From an uncultured Bifidobacteriaceae bacterium (lineage in GTDB: Bacteria; Actinomycetota; Actinomycetes; S36-B12): a DNA stretch of 61,241 nt. Positions 1 through 13,877 of the stretch are shown here, piece by piece. Location of the stretch: NCBI GenBank assembly GCA_964597445.1, contig CAZQXO010000008.1:1-61241 (forward strand), in the 5' to 3' direction. The position numbers and the translations under genes are program-made. Every line of letters starts with the position of its first letter. Position 1 is the stretch's first letter. A model generated the notes under the pieces. It worked only from the letters and a program-made list of their open reading frames with translations, searched no databases and was not told where the DNA came from.

Positions 1-289
1 CTCCGATCGCGTCGGCCCCAAGATCGGCCCACTCGAAGGAGCGGTACCCGAGGAGCCCCTGAGCCACCTCCATCACCAGGCCGAATCCCACGACGGCCGT
101 GATCGCCCACGGCCAGCGCAGCCCGCTCAGCACAGCCAGCACACCGAGCAGGCCGTAGCCCACGAGGTGAAGGATCTTGTCCGAGAGCCCGAGGCCCGAA
201 GGAAGGTCATCCGGGGGCAGGAGCGACGTCCACGCGACGGCAAGGGATGCCGCCGCCCAGAGAATCCGCCAGACCGTCACTCCGCGCAT
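1..289 (-). CDS. VanZ-like family membrane protein (partial; 3' end lies beyond the left edge)
   Basis: Absent from the ORF track because it runs off the window. Reverse-strand ATG at 289, 19 nt after the argH stop, gives MRGVTVWRILWAAASLAVAWTSLLPPDDLPSGLGLSDKILHLVGYGLLGVLAVLSGLRWPWAITAVVGFGLVMEVAQGLLGYRSFEWADLGADAIG. It has hydrophobic helices plus DKxxHxxxY and E..Q...R....D...G motifs typical of VanZ-like proteins. Confidence 0.55.
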   Translation of the reverse strand, partial: MRGVTVWRILWAAASLAVAWTSLLPPDDLPSGLGLSDKILHLVGYGLLGVLAVLSGLRWPWAITAVVGFGLVMEVAQGLLGYRSFEWADLGADAIG

Positions 290-308
290 GGGCTCGCCTC
301 GAGGCGTG

Positions 309-2217
<1,909 letters not shown>

Positions 2218-2221
<4 letters not shown>

Positions 2222-3432
2222 GCGGATTCCCGCATCGACACGACAGATGCACATGCGGCATCCCATCGATCAAGCGCGTCGTGGACGTCGTCGTCGGAAA
2301 GGATCAGCGGCGGCGCGAGGCGGATGGCGTCCGCTGCTACGGCGTTCACCAGCAGCCCATGATCGCGGCAGGCGCGTTCCACGTCAGCCGCCGGAGGGGT
2401 CTGGAGCACCGCAGCAAGGAGGAGACCACGGCCCCGAACATGACTCACAAGACCATGGCCACGGGTGACGAGACCCGAGGCGAGCGCGTCATGGAGCGCT
2501 CGCGCACGATCCAGCAGCCCATCGCTCTCCACCGCCTGCAGCACCGCGAGGGCTGCAGCGCAGGACACCGGATTGCCCCCGAAGGTCGACCCGTGCGACC
2601 CCGGGGTGAACATCCCCGCCGCCCTGCCGAACCCGATCACCGCCCCGATCGGGAGCCCTCCGCCGAGTCCCTTCGCGAGGGTCAGGACATCAGGCCGCAC
2701 TCCCTCGGCCTGGTGGGCGAACCAGGTGCCGGTGCGCCCGATGCCTGTCTGCACCTCGTCGAGGACCAGCAGCGCCCCATGCTCGTCGGCGATCTCACGG
2801 GCGCGCGTCAGGTAGCCGTGGGGAGGAACGATTACTCCTCCCTCGCCCTGGATGGGTTCGAGGACGATGGCAGCCGTGGACTCGGTCACGGCCGATGCCA
2901 GCGCCTCGACATCGCCGTAGGGCACGACCGTGACGTCTCCGGGGAGCGGCCGGAAGGGATCCTGCTTGGTCGGCTGCGCCGTCAGGGACAGTGCCCCCAT
3001 CGTGCGTCCGTGGAACGAGCGCTGGGCCACGACCATGCCGGTGCGGCCGGTCAGGCGCGCAAGCTTGAAGGCCGCCTCGTTGGCTTCCGCCCCCGAGTTG
3101 CAGAAGAAGACCCGAGCCGAGGGGTCCTGAACGAGATCGACCAGCCGCTCGGCGAGCCGCACCGCCGGCTCGGTCGCCTGCAGATTGCTCGTGTGACCCA
3201 GGACCGCCATCTGGCCCGCCACCGCCTCGATGAGGCGCGGATCAGCGTGGCCGAGGATGTTGACGGCGATGCCGGCGAGCAGGTCGATGTACTCGCGTCC
3301 GTCGGTGTCCCATACGCGGGCACCGTGCCCCCGGACAAGCGTGATCGCGGGTGTGCCGTAGTTGTCCATCAGCGCGTGCTGCCAGCGCTCCGGCCATGAT
3401 GCGGACCGCTCCACCTCCGACGAAGCTGTCAC
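2218..3432 (-). CDS. argD: acetylornithine aminotransferase
   Basis: 404 aa class-III aminotransferase with [26 protein letters not shown] and TLAKGLGGG. Sits in the arg cluster. Start overlaps the argB stop (GTGA). Confidence 0.93.
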
Positions 3433-4322
3433 GCCGGCTCCTCGGGAAGCACCATGGTTCCCACGCCGGAGTCGGTGAAGACCTCGAGGAGGAGACTGTG
3501 GGGCACGCGGCCGTCGATCACCGTGGCCCGCGGAACCCCGCCCTCAACGGCGCGCAGACATGCCTCCATCTTCGGGACCATGCCGCTCTCGAGCGAGGGA
3601 AGCATCGCCCGCAGTCGGTCGACACCGATCGCCGCGATGAGAGAGTCGCGATCGGGCCAGTTCGCATAGAGACCCTCGACATCGGTCAGGACAACGAGCT
3701 TCTTGGCACCCAGGGCGATCGCCAATGCCGCAGCCGCGGTGTCGGCGTTCACGTTGTAGGACGTGCCGTCCTCACCACGAGCCACGGTGGAGACGACGGG
3801 GATGAGACCGTCATGCAGGAGCTGCTCGACGAACTCCGGGCGCACGTTCACCACGTCGCCCACCTGGCCGATATCGACCTCCTCGCCCTCCACCACTGCT
3901 CCGCGGCGCTCGGCGGTGAACAGGTGGGCGTCCTCACCGGACAGTCCGACCGCGTAGGGGCCGTGTTCGTTGAGGAGGCCGACGAGCTCGCGCTGTACCT
4001 GACCCACCAGCACCATGCCGACGACGTCCATCACCTCAGGAGTCGTGACACGCAGGCCTCCCTTGAACTCCGAATCGACGCCCAGCTTGGCGAGCATGGC
4101 GCTGATCTGGGGACCCCCGCCGTGGACGACGACCGGGCGAAGGCCCGCCAGGCGCAGGAAGAGGACATCCTCGGCGAACCCCGCCTTGAGCGCATCGTCC
4201 GTCATGGCGTTGCCGCCGTACTTCACGACCACGGTGGCGCCGTGCCACGTCTCCAGCCACGGCAGAGCCTCAGCGAGCACCGCCGCCTTGGCGCCAGCGT
4301 CCTTCACGTCGGTCATGCGCAT
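3429..4322 (-). CDS. argB: acetylglutamate kinase
   Basis: 297 aa amino-acid kinase fold with VVKYGGNAM and [10 protein letters not shown]. Position is between argJ and argD. Confidence 0.95.
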   Translation of the reverse strand: MRMTDVKDAGAKAAVLAEALPWLETWHGATVVVKYGGNAMTDDALKAGFAEDVLFLRLAGLRPVVVHGGGPQISAMLAKLGVDSEFKGGLRVTTPEVMDVVGMVLVGQVQRELVGLLNEHGPYAVGLSGEDAHLFTAERRGAVVEGEEVDIGQVGDVVNVRPEFVEQLLHDGLIPVVSTVARGEDGTSYNVNADTAAAALAIALGAKKLVVLTDVEGLYANWPDRDSLIAAIGVDRLRAMLPSLESGMVPKMEACLRAVEGGVPRATVIDGRVPHSLLLEVFTDSGVGTMVLPEEPA

Positions 4323-4344
4323 CCTGTCGGGTCGAGGAACATGA

Positions 4345-5511
4345 TCAGGTCGAGTAGGCGGAGTTCTCGTGCACGTAATCGGACGTGAGGTCGTTTGTCA
4401 GCACACTCGCGGACTCGTGGCCCGCCCCGAGGTCGACGACGATGCGAACGAGGCGGCCCGTCATGTCGACGAGGTCCCGGGATTCGCCCACGCCCCCGGA
4501 CCGGCACACCCAGACATCGTTGATCGCCACATCGACCCGGTCAGGCTCGAATGCGGCAGATGTTGTGCCGACAGCGGACAGGATGCGGCCCCAGTTGGGA
4601 TCCTCACCGTGAATGGCGCACTTGAGCAGATTGCTGCGCGAGACGGCGCGGGCTGCCTCAAGCGCGTCCGCCTCAGACGCCGCTCCGCGCACGGTGATGT
4701 CGATGTCCTTCGACGCCCCCTCAGCATCCCCGATGAGCTGCCGTGCGAGGTCAGCACACACCTCCGTCACGGCATCCGTGAACGAGGCGGGATCCGGACT
4801 CACTCCCGATGCACCGCTCGCCAGCAGCAGCACGGTGTCGTTCGTGCTCATGCAGCCGTCGGAGTCGATCCGATCGAACGTCAAGGCCGTGGCGACGCAC
4901 AGCGCCGAGTCGGCGAGGTCTGCGTCGATGACGGCATCGGTCGTCACCACGACGAGCATCGTTGCCAGCGCGGGAGCGAGCATGCCCGCCCCCTTCGCCA
5001 TGCCGCCAACGGTGTAGCCACCCGTGGCAACCATCGCGGTCTTCGGGACGGTGTCGGTCGTCATGATCGACACCGCCGCATCCGCGCCACCATCAGCCGC
5101 AAGCGCAGCGACCGCCGCATCGACTCCCGCAAGCAGCTTCTCCATCGGCAGCCGCTCACCGATCAGTCCGGTGGAGCACACCGCGACGTCACCTGCACCC
5201 AGCTCGAATCCAGCCGCCTCCAAGGACATCGCCACATGCTCGGCGGTGTGGTGCGTGTCGGCGAAGCCCTCAGGGCCCGTGCAGGCGTTCGCTCCACCCG
5301 AGTTGAGGATGACCGCGCGAACCTCGCCGTCGGCGACGACCTGACGCGACCACAGAACCGGCGCCGCCGCGAAGCGGTTCACCGTGAACACCCCTGCCGC
5401 CACCGCCAGCGGCCCGTCGTTGACGACGAGCGCCACGTCGGGTCGCCCGGACGCCTTGATGCCGGCCGTGACGCCGGAGGCGCGGAATCCCCGTGGGGAG
5501 GTGACGGTCAC
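4345..5511 (-). CDS. argJ: bifunctional glutamate N-acetyltransferase / amino-acid acetyltransferase (ornithine acetyltransferase)
   Basis: ArgJ-type sequence [25 protein letters not shown] with the autoprocessing context [12 protein letters not shown]. Track ORF trimmed to the GTG at 5511, which overlaps the argC stop (GTGA). Confidence 0.93.
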   Translation of the reverse strand: MTVTSPRGFRASGVTAGIKASGRPDVALVVNDGPLAVAAGVFTVNRFAAAPVLWSRQVVADGEVRAVILNSGGANACTGPEGFADTHHTAEHVAMSLEAAGFELGAGDVAVCSTGLIGERLPMEKLLAGVDAAVAALAADGGADAAVSIMTTDTVPKTAMVATGGYTVGGMAKGAGMLAPALATMLVVVTTDAVIDADLADSALCVATALTFDRIDSDGCMSTNDTVLLLASGASGVSPDPASFTDAVTEVCADLARQLIGDAEGASKDIDITVRGAASEADALEAARAVSRSNLLKCAIHGEDPNWGRILSAVGTTSAAFEPDRVDVAINDVWVCRSGGVGESRDLVDMTGRLVRIVVDLGAGHESASVLTNDLTSDYVHENSAYST

Positions 5512-6545
5512 GGGGCGACTCCGTTCACCGAGAGGCCGGTCATCTCGTCCAGGCCAAGAATCAGGTTGGCGTTCTGCAGGGCCTGACCTGCCGCGCCCTT
5601 GCCGAGATTGTCGATCGCCGCCACGACGACGACACGTCCCGCGTGCGCGTCGACCGCGCACTGCAGATGTACGGCGTTCGACCCCCCGACAGAGGACGTC
5701 TGCGGCCACAGACCTTCGGGGAGCACATGCACGAACGGCTCATCGGCGTAGGCATTGAGCAGCGCCGCTCGCACTGCCGACTCCGTGACACCCGGGCGGG
5801 CAGGTGCCGAGACCGTCGCGAGGATGCCGCGGGGCATCGGTGCCAGGAGCGGCGTGAACGACAGCGTGACCGGCACTCCCGCAGCCGAGGAGAGCGACTG
5901 CTCCATCTCCGGGGTGTGCTGATGGCCACCGCCCACCTTGTAGGCACTCATCGAGCCCATGACCTGGGTGGCGAGCAGGGCATCCGAGGGCTTCCGCCCC
6001 GCCCCGGACGTTCCGGAGGCCGCGACGACGACGACATCCGACTCGGCGAGCCCGGCTGCGAGCACCGGCGCGAAGGCGAGTGCCACCGAGGTCGGATAGC
6101 AGCCCGGGTTCGCCACGCGGGTCGAGCCGCGGATGGCCTCCCGCTGGCGTACTCCCTCCACGGTGAGCTCGGGGAGTCCGTAGGTCCAGGTGCCGGCATG
6201 CGTCCCTCCGTAGTAGGCCGTCCAGGCATCACCTGACACCAGCCGGAAGTCCGCGCCGAGATCCACGAGGGGCAGATCCGGGGGGAGCTGGGCCGCGAGG
6301 GAGGCTGACTCCCCGTGCGGCAGGGCGAGGAACACGATGTCGGCCGAGGCCAGGATGTCGGCAGACGTCTCCACCAGAGGCAGGTCCGCCACCTCCGTGA
6401 GGTGGGGATGCACCGCACCGACGGACTCCCCCGCGCGGCCTCCCGCCGCGAGCGGACCGGGGGCGAGGTCGGGGTGCGCGGCCAGCAGCCGGAGCAGCTC
6501 CCCACCCGCGTAGCCCGAAGCCCCGGCGACCGCCGCAGTGATCAT
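5508..6545 (-). CDS. argC: N-acetyl-gamma-glutamyl-phosphate reductase
   Basis: MITAAVAGASGYAGGELLRLL and active-site context VANPGCYPT. Track ORF trimmed to the ATG at 6545, because the upstream 76 codons are R/C/P-rich and run into the pheT stop region. Confidence 0.95.
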   Translation of the reverse strand: MITAAVAGASGYAGGELLRLLAAHPDLAPGPLAAGGRAGESVGAVHPHLTEVADLPLVETSADILASADIVFLALPHGESASLAAQLPPDLPLVDLGADFRLVSGDAWTAYYGGTHAGTWTYGLPELTVEGVRQREAIRGSTRVANPGCYPTSVALAFAPVLAAGLAESDVVVVAASGTSGAGRKPSDALLATQVMGSMSAYKVGGGHQHTPEMEQSLSSAAGVPVTLSFTPLLAPMPRGILATVSAPARPGVTESAVRAALLNAYADEPFVHVLPEGLWPQTSSVGGSNAVHLQCAVDAHAGRVVVVAAIDNLGKGAAGQALQNANLILGLDEMTGLSVNGVAP

Positions 6546-6572
6546 GCCGCAAGTATACGCATACGCGTATAC
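6546..6572 (-). promoter_or_regulatory. argC control region: perfect 8+8 bp palindrome (ARG-box-like candidate ArgR operator) overlapping a -10-like TATACT located 6 nt from the argC ATG
   Basis: GTATACGC-ATAC-GCGTATAC at 6553..6572 is an AT-rich island inside the 31-nt pheT-argC spacer. In the coding sense the sequence reads ...GCGTATACTTGCGGC-ATG. No Shine-Dalgarno is present. Confidence 0.45.
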
Positions 6573-6576
6573 TCTT

Positions 6577-9062
6577 TCAGCGCAGGGTCGCCCCGCAGGT
6601 CGCCGCTGCCGAGGCGATCGCACCCTCACGCGCAGCGGCGATCTCCTCCGCCGACAGCGTGCGATCAGGAGCACGGAAGCGCAGGGCGAAGGCAAGCGAC
6701 TTCTTGCCCTCCGGCACCTGAGGGCCTTCGTACACGTCGAACAGCCGAACGGCCTCGAGCAACTGCCCCGCACCCGAACGAACCGCCTTCTCGACCTCCG
6801 CCGCCGGGATCTGCCGATCGACCACGAGGGCGATGTCCTCCTTGGCCAGGGGCTGCGTGATCACGGCAGGAGCCGGGCGCACGTCGGGAGCATGGGCGAT
6901 GACGGCATCAAGGTCGAGCCACATGGCCACCGAGCGCTCGGGCACTCCCGTCGCCTCGATCACCCGCGGGTGGAGCTCACCGGCGAATCCCACCGTCGCG
7001 CCGTCCACGACGAGCGCAGCACAGCGACCGGGATGGAAGGACGGATCATCACCGCGGTGGACGTCGAGGGTCACCCCGCAGGCCTCAGCAACGTCGTGGG
7101 CGACGGAGACAACATCAGCCCACGAGGTCGGCTCAGCCGGTCCCCACCATCCCTGAGGGGTGCGATGGCCAGACAGGAGCGCTGCCACGTGCATCGGCTG
7201 ATCCGGCAGGAGCCCGTTGAGATCCACCCACTCCTGCTCGGAGGGTCGGCGCGCGACCGTTGGTCGCAGGGTCGTGGACTCCGCCACGTCGCCGAGGAAG
7301 ACCGAACCCATCTCGAAGATCGCCAGGTCGGTGGTGCCGCGGCCGATGTTGCGACGAGCAGCGGAGATCAGCCCGGGAACAAGTGATCCGCGCAGGTGCG
7401 GCTGCTCATCCGACAGCGGATTCGCCAGACGCGGCGTGCGACGCCGGGCGTCGTCGACGGGGATGCGCAGCGCGTCGAGATCTGCGTCGCCGACGAAGGG
7501 GTACGAGAGCACCTCGACAAGTCCACGCGACGCCAGCACCATGCCGACCCGTCGGCGCAGGCGCTGCTCGCGCGTCATGCCACGACCCAGTGGCGCGGCC
7601 GGGATCGTGGATGGCAGCTGGTCGTAGCCGACGAGTCGCAGCACCTCCTCCACCAGGTCGATGGCATCAGTGAGGTCGGGCCGCCACGTCGGCGGCGTGA
7701 CCTGCAGGACGTCCGTCGCCTCATCCACGATCGTGCAGCCGATCGCCCGGAGGAGCCGCACAACCCTGTCGGCTTGGATCTCCATGCCCGCTACCCCGCC
7801 CGGCTCGTGCACGGGCAGGGCGATCACCGCCTCGTCGTGAGGAGCCTCCACCGCAGTCATGCCCACGTAATGACCGCCGCCGTGCTCCAGCAGCAGCGCC
7901 GCAGCCCTCGCCGATGCATAGGGAGCAAGATCGCGATCGACCCCACGCTCGAACCGGCGTGACGCCTCACTGGAGAGCTTATGACGACGTGAGCAACGTG
8001 CGATGCCCGGCGCCGTGAAGTGCGCCGCCTCGAGGGCGATGTTCGTTGTGTCGTCGTCGATCTCCGACTCCAGTCCGCCCATGACGCCTGCAAGGCCAAT
8101 CGGACCGCGGTCGTCGAGGATCACGAGGTCATCGTCGGAGAGCTCGCGCACGACGTGGTCGAGCGTCTCGAACTTCGTACCAGCCGGCACGCGGCCCGCG
8201 CGGACCGTCCCCTGAAGCTTGTCCAGGTCGAATGCATGCAACGGCTGGCCGAGCTCGAGCATGACGTAGTTGGTCACGTCGACCGCGAGCGAGACAGGCC
8301 GCATGCCGCACGCCGAGAGGCGCTGCTGCATCCACAGAGGTGACTGCGCCGCCGGATCGAACCCCACGATGGTGCTCATCGTGAAGAGGTCGCAGGCATC
8401 GGGCGCCTCTGTCGCGCACTCGGCTGGAGCCCGGTCAGCGACGGGAGCGGGGAGGTCCGCAAGCGCGACCCCCGGATCGGCGAACGACGAGCCGTAGGCG
8501 ATGGCCACCTCACGGGCGATGCCACGGATGGAGAGTGCGTAGCCGCGATCGGGTGTGATCGCGATGTCGAGGACCTCCTCGCCCACGCCGATCAGCGGTT
8601 TGGCGTCGTCACCCGGAGTCGCAGACTCCGCGGGCAACACCATGATGCCGTCGTGGTTCTCCCCGAGCCCCATCTCGCGCTCGGAGCAGATCATTCCGTC
8701 CGAGAGACGCCCGTAGGTCTCGCGCGACGCGATCTGGAATCCACCCGGAAGGACGGTGCCGGGGAGCGCCACCACGACGAGGTCATCGGCCTGGAAGTTG
8801 CGTGCGCCGCAGATGATGCCGCGAACTCCCCCACCGGCCTGGCCCACCTCGACCTGGCAGAAGCGGATCGGCTTCTTGAACTCCGTGAGCTCCTCGATCT
8901 CGAGCACCCGCCCGACGACGAGGGGACCCTCGACACCCGCGCCGATCTCCTCGACGGTCTCGACCTCGAGGCCCGCCCGGATCAGTCGCTCAGCGACATC
9001 ACGTCCGGTCTGATCCGCCGGGATGTCGACCATCTCCCGCAGCCACGACATCGGGGCGCGCA

Positions 9063-9063
<1 letters not shown>
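6577..9063 (-). CDS. pheT: phenylalanine--tRNA ligase beta subunit
   Basis: 828 aa. N-terminus MRAPMSWLREMVD, with length and domain order typical of PheT. ATG shares 1 nt with the pheS stop. Confidence 0.96.
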
Positions 9064-10175
<1,112 letters not shown>

Positions 10176-12047
10176 CTACTCCCCGAGGATCACGCGCACG
10201 AGCTCGTCGACCGACGCATCGAGATCGCCAACACCGTGCAGGACGAGTTCCGGTGACACCGGAGGCTCGTACTCCTGCCCGACACCGGTCAGATTCGGCA
10301 GGGAGCCCTGCGCGGCCTTGGCGTAGAGACCCTTGGTGTCACGCTCGGTCACGACATCCAGCGGAGTGTCGACGTACACCTCGATGAACTGCCCTGGAGC
10401 GAAGAGATCACGTGCAGCGCGGCGATCACCGACGAACGGTGAGACGAGGGCGACGAAGACAACAAGGCCCGCATCGACCATGAGCTTGCTGACCTCTGCC
10501 ACACGGCGCACGTTCTCGGCCCGATCCTCCGGCGTGAACCCGAGGTCCTTGTTGAGCCCGTGACGGACGTTGTCGCCGTCGAGGACATAGGTGTGGACGC
10601 CCAGCGCATGCAGCTTGCGGACGGCAGCATCAGCGATGGTTGACTTGCCGGCTCCCGAGAGGCCGGTGAGCCACACGACCTTGGCATCGTGCCCCATGAG
10701 CAGACGACGAGCCTGCTCATCGACGACGTAGTCGTGACGCACGACGTTGGTCGACCGACGCATCGCATGCCGGACCATGCCGGCCGCCACGGTGTCGGCG
10801 GTTACCCGGTCAACCAGCAGGAAGCCCCCGGTGTCTCGGCAGACCGCATACGGGTCCATCGGGACGGGCTTGTCGGTCGCCACCTCGACCCGCCCGATGT
10901 CGTTCATCGCCAGGAGACGAGCTGCGTGCTCGTGGCCGGTCACGACATCGAGGCGATGGCGCACGTTCGTCACGGTGGCCGGCACGGACCGGCTGCCCGA
11001 GACGAGCAGGTACGAGCGGCCGTGGGCCAGGGGCTCCTCACCCAGCCAGACCATGTCGACGGAGAAGCGGTCGGACGGCTCAGGATGCGAGTCAGCCGCC
11101 GCGATGACGTCACCTCGCGTGACGTCGACCTCGTGGTCGAGGGTGATCGTCACGGCAGCCCCTGCCTCGGCCTTCTCGAGCTCGGCGATATGGCCCTCGA
11201 CATGCAGGTCGTACGTGACGATGCGGTCAACCTTCGCCGTGCGCCCGGAGTCGGCGATCACGACCTCGTCGCCCGGGGCCACCTCACCCGACACCACCGT
11301 GCCGGCGTAGCCACGGAAGTTGCCCTCGGCGCGCACGATGAACTGCACGGGGAACCGGAGAGGCTCGTCCGCATCAGTGACGTGCGGCTGCCAGTCCTCA
11401 AGGGCCTTGAGCAGGGTGGGCCCGGAGTACCAGGGCATGTTCGTGCTCGGCTCGGTGATGTTGTCGCCCACGAAGGCGCTCACCGGGATCGCGATGACCT
11501 CGGGGACTTCCAGACGGGCTGCCGTCACGCGGACCGTGCCCACGATCTCCTCGAAGGTCGCATGCTCGTATCCGACGAGGTCCATCTTGTTGACCGCGAC
11601 GATGACGGTCTTGACACCCATCAGGGCACTGATGGTCAGGTGACGGTGGGTCTGGGCACGCACTCCGCGGGCGGCGTCGACCATGAGGATCGAGACGTCA
11701 CCGTTCGAGGCGGCGACAGCCATGTTGCGGGTGTACTGCTCATGCCCCGGGGAGTCGGCCACCAGGACGCGTCGACCGTTGGGCAGGTTCATGTGCCGGT
11801 AGGCGACATCGATCGTGATCCCCTGCTCGCGCTCAGCCTCGAGGCCATCCGTCAGCAGGGAGTAGTCGATCTCACCCACGGGGATGGTGGAGCCACCACG
11901 GCGGGTGCGCCGGGCGTACTCGAGGGTGTCGATGGGGACGGAGTTCGTCTCAGCGAGGAGCCGGCCGATCAGCGTCGACTTGCCGTCGTCGACGGAGCCG
12001 CACGTCACGAGGTGCAGGACGGGATTCAGTGCACTGGTGCTGGCCAC
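10176..12047 (-). CDS. cysNC: bifunctional sulfate adenylyltransferase subunit 1 (GTPase) / adenylylsulfate kinase
   Basis: 623 aa. GTPase motifs GSVDDGKSTLIGRLL and DSPGHEQY, plus a C-terminal APS-kinase P-loop LTGLSGAGKST. GTG start shares 1 nt with the cysD stop. Confidence 0.93.
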   Translation of the reverse strand: MASTSALNPVLHLVTCGSVDDGKSTLIGRLLAETNSVPIDTLEYARRTRRGGSTIPVGEIDYSLLTDGLEAEREQGITIDVAYRHMNLPNGRRVLVADSPGHEQYTRNMAVAASNGDVSILMVDAARGVRAQTHRHLTISALMGVKTVIVAVNKMDLVGYEHATFEEIVGTVRVTAARLEVPEVIAIPVSAFVGDNITEPSTNMPWYSGPTLLKALEDWQPHVTDADEPLRFPVQFIVRAEGNFRGYAGTVVSGEVAPGDEVVIADSGRTAKVDRIVTYDLHVEGHIAELEKAEAGAAVTITLDHEVDVTRGDVIAAADSHPEPSDRFSVDMVWLGEEPLAHGRSYLLVSGSRSVPATVTNVRHRLDVVTGHEHAARLLAMNDIGRVEVATDKPVPMDPYAVCRDTGGFLLVDRVTADTVAAGMVRHAMRRSTNVVRHDYVVDEQARRLLMGHDAKVVWLTGLSGAGKSTIADAAVRKLHALGVHTYVLDGDNVRHGLNKDLGFTPEDRAENVRRVAEVSKLMVDAGLVVFVALVSPFVGDRRAARDLFAPGQFIEVYVDTPLDVVTERDTKGLYAKAAQGSLPNLTGVGQEYEPPVSPELVLHGVGDLDASVDELVRVILGE

Positions 12048-12979
12048 TAGAAGTAGCCCTCCTTCTTCTTGCCCTCCATGGACTCTGCTCCACTCTCACC
12101 ATCGATGAGTCGACCGGATCGCTCGGAGTACTTGGATCCGGCCATCTCCTCGACCAGCTGCTCCATGGTGTCGGCCGTGGACTCCACCGCCCCCGACAGC
12201 GGGTAGCAGCCGAGGGTGCGGAAGCGCACTGTGCGCATCTGGGGGACCTCCCCCTCCCGCAGCGGGAAGCGCTCGTCGTCGACCATGATCAGCGTTCCAT
12301 CACGCTCCACGACGGGCCGTGGCTTGGCGAAGTAGAGGTCGGGGATCGGGATGTCCTCCCGCTGGATGTACTTCCAGATGTCGAGCTCGGTCCAGTTCGA
12401 GAGGGGGAACACCCGCATGGACTGACCAGCAGCCAGCTGCGTGTTCGCTGTGCGCCAGAACTCGGGCCGCTGCTTGCGCGGATCCCATTGGTGCCCGGGC
12501 TCGCGGAGGCTGAAGATGCGCTCCTTCGCCCTGCTGCGCTCCTCGTCCCGCCGTGCACCGCCCACAGCCGCATCGAATCCGTAGCGGTCGATGCCCTCAC
12601 GCAGCGCCACCGTCTTCATCAGCCGCGTGTACTCGTGCGTCCCGTGTGTGAATGGTGTGACGCCCTCAGCGATCGCCTCCTTGTTCTGCGCGATCCGCAG
12701 ATCGAGTCCCAGTTCCGCTGCTCGACGATCCCGGAACTCGATCATCTCCCGGAACTTCCATCCCGTGTCGATATGCATCAAGGGGAAGGGGATCGGCGCA
12801 GGGGCGAAGGCCTTGACGGCGAGATGGAGGAGGACGGAGGAGTCCTTGCCGATGCTGTACAGCAGCACCGGATTCCGAAAGGCCGCCGCCGTCTCCCGGT
12901 AGATGTGGATCGCCTCAGCCTCGAGCTCGTCGAGGACGGCGTCGTACGGCACGGTGGCCGTCGCGGCCGCTGTGGTCAC
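12047..12979 (-). CDS. cysD: sulfate adenylyltransferase subunit 2
   Basis: 310 aa with [14 protein letters not shown] (PP-loop-like) and a CysD-typical C-terminus. GAGAGGAA Shine-Dalgarno upstream of the GTG. Confidence 0.95.
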   Translation of the reverse strand: MTTAAATATVPYDAVLDELEAEAIHIYRETAAAFRNPVLLYSIGKDSSVLLHLAVKAFAPAPIPFPLMHIDTGWKFREMIEFRDRRAAELGLDLRIAQNKEAIAEGVTPFTHGTHEYTRLMKTVALREGIDRYGFDAAVGGARRDEERSRAKERIFSLREPGHQWDPRKQRPEFWRTANTQLAAGQSMRVFPLSNWTELDIWKYIQREDIPIPDLYFAKPRPVVERDGTLIMVDDERFPLREGEVPQMRTVRFRTLGCYPLSGAVESTADTMEQLVEEMAGSKYSERSGRLIDGESGAESMEGKKKEGYF

Positions 12980-13045
12980 GGGGATTCCTCTCGTGGTGGT
13001 GCCAAGACCGCCGGGTTCAGGGCACCCGGCAGGGTGAGGGCCGGG

Positions 13046-13864
13046 TCACGCCTCAGAGTACGTCTCCGTCATCGTGCTCGCGCTCAGGCTTCCGTCGCCG
13101 AAGCGGGGATCCTCGCCGCGAGCAGCCAGGGCTGCCGCGCGGGCTTCGCGCTTGGCGGCTGCGAGGGCCTCCCCTTCGGCGGCGACTGCGGGATCGATCG
13201 GTGCCGACTCGATCCGGCTCACGCCGTTCTTGGCCGAGATGTAGGCGTCGAGCTCGGGCCCGCTCTCGTACGAGGTGATCAGGCAGTAGCGGGCCCGATC
13301 GCTCGGGTGCCACACGGCGTGCCAGAGCCGCTGGGTGTCGATGATGACCTGCGTTCCGGCAGGGAGGGCGATGCGCGTCTCCGTCGAAGCGTCGTCGCGA
13401 TCCTCGCGCAGGACCATCATGGTTTCCGGGTCGTCAGTCAGGTTGAAGAACGCCCGGACGATCCACCCGGTGCCCTCGGGATTGAGGCGGTTGTTGTCGT
13501 CGCGGTGGAGGTTGTAGAGCGTCTCTCCGTAGGTGGTCGGCTGCAGCTCGATGACCCGGCAGCGGCCGATGTTGGCCCCCGGCTCCTCCGCGCGTGCCTT
13601 CAGCCGCGGGGCCACGGCGACGTTCGCCTCGACCCAGACGCCGTCCTTGTCCGTCTTCGGCGGGGTGTGGTTCCAGAACCCGTTGCACTCCATGTCGCCG
13701 TAGGCGCTCGCGAGGGGAGCGAACCGGGTGTCACCGGAGGACTTCCAGTCCACGAAGGTCAGCTGCTCCCACTCCCGAGGATCCCGGGCCTGGTCATGCG
13801 AGTCCAGGACGACGTAGCCGGTCTCCTGGAAGGCGGGGAGGGTCACATAGTCCGCGGGATTCAT
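13046..13864 (-). CDS. hypothetical protein, possibly a cupin/DSBH-fold Fe(II)-dependent oxygenase-like protein
   Basis: 272 aa ORF with normal amino-acid composition (K, N, Y, W, F, I present), unlike the shadow ORFs. Candidate metal triad: LH120-R-D122 and W-H182-AVW-H186, followed by R-x-R-YCLITS. Ala/Glu-rich C-terminal tail. I recognise no family with confidence. Confidence 0.7.
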   Translation of the reverse strand: MNPADYVTLPAFQETGYVVLDSHDQARDPREWEQLTFVDWKSSGDTRFAPLASAYGDMECNGFWNHTPPKTDKDGVWVEANVAVAPRLKARAEEPGANIGRCRVIELQPTTYGETLYNLHRDDNNRLNPEGTGWIVRAFFNLTDDPETMMVLREDRDDASTETRIALPAGTQVIIDTQRLWHAVWHPSDRARYCLITSYESGPELDAYISAKNGVSRIESAPIDPAVAAEGEALAAAKREARAAALAARGEDPRFGDGSLSASTMTETYSEA

Positions 13865-13877
13865 GGGCCGAAGTCTC

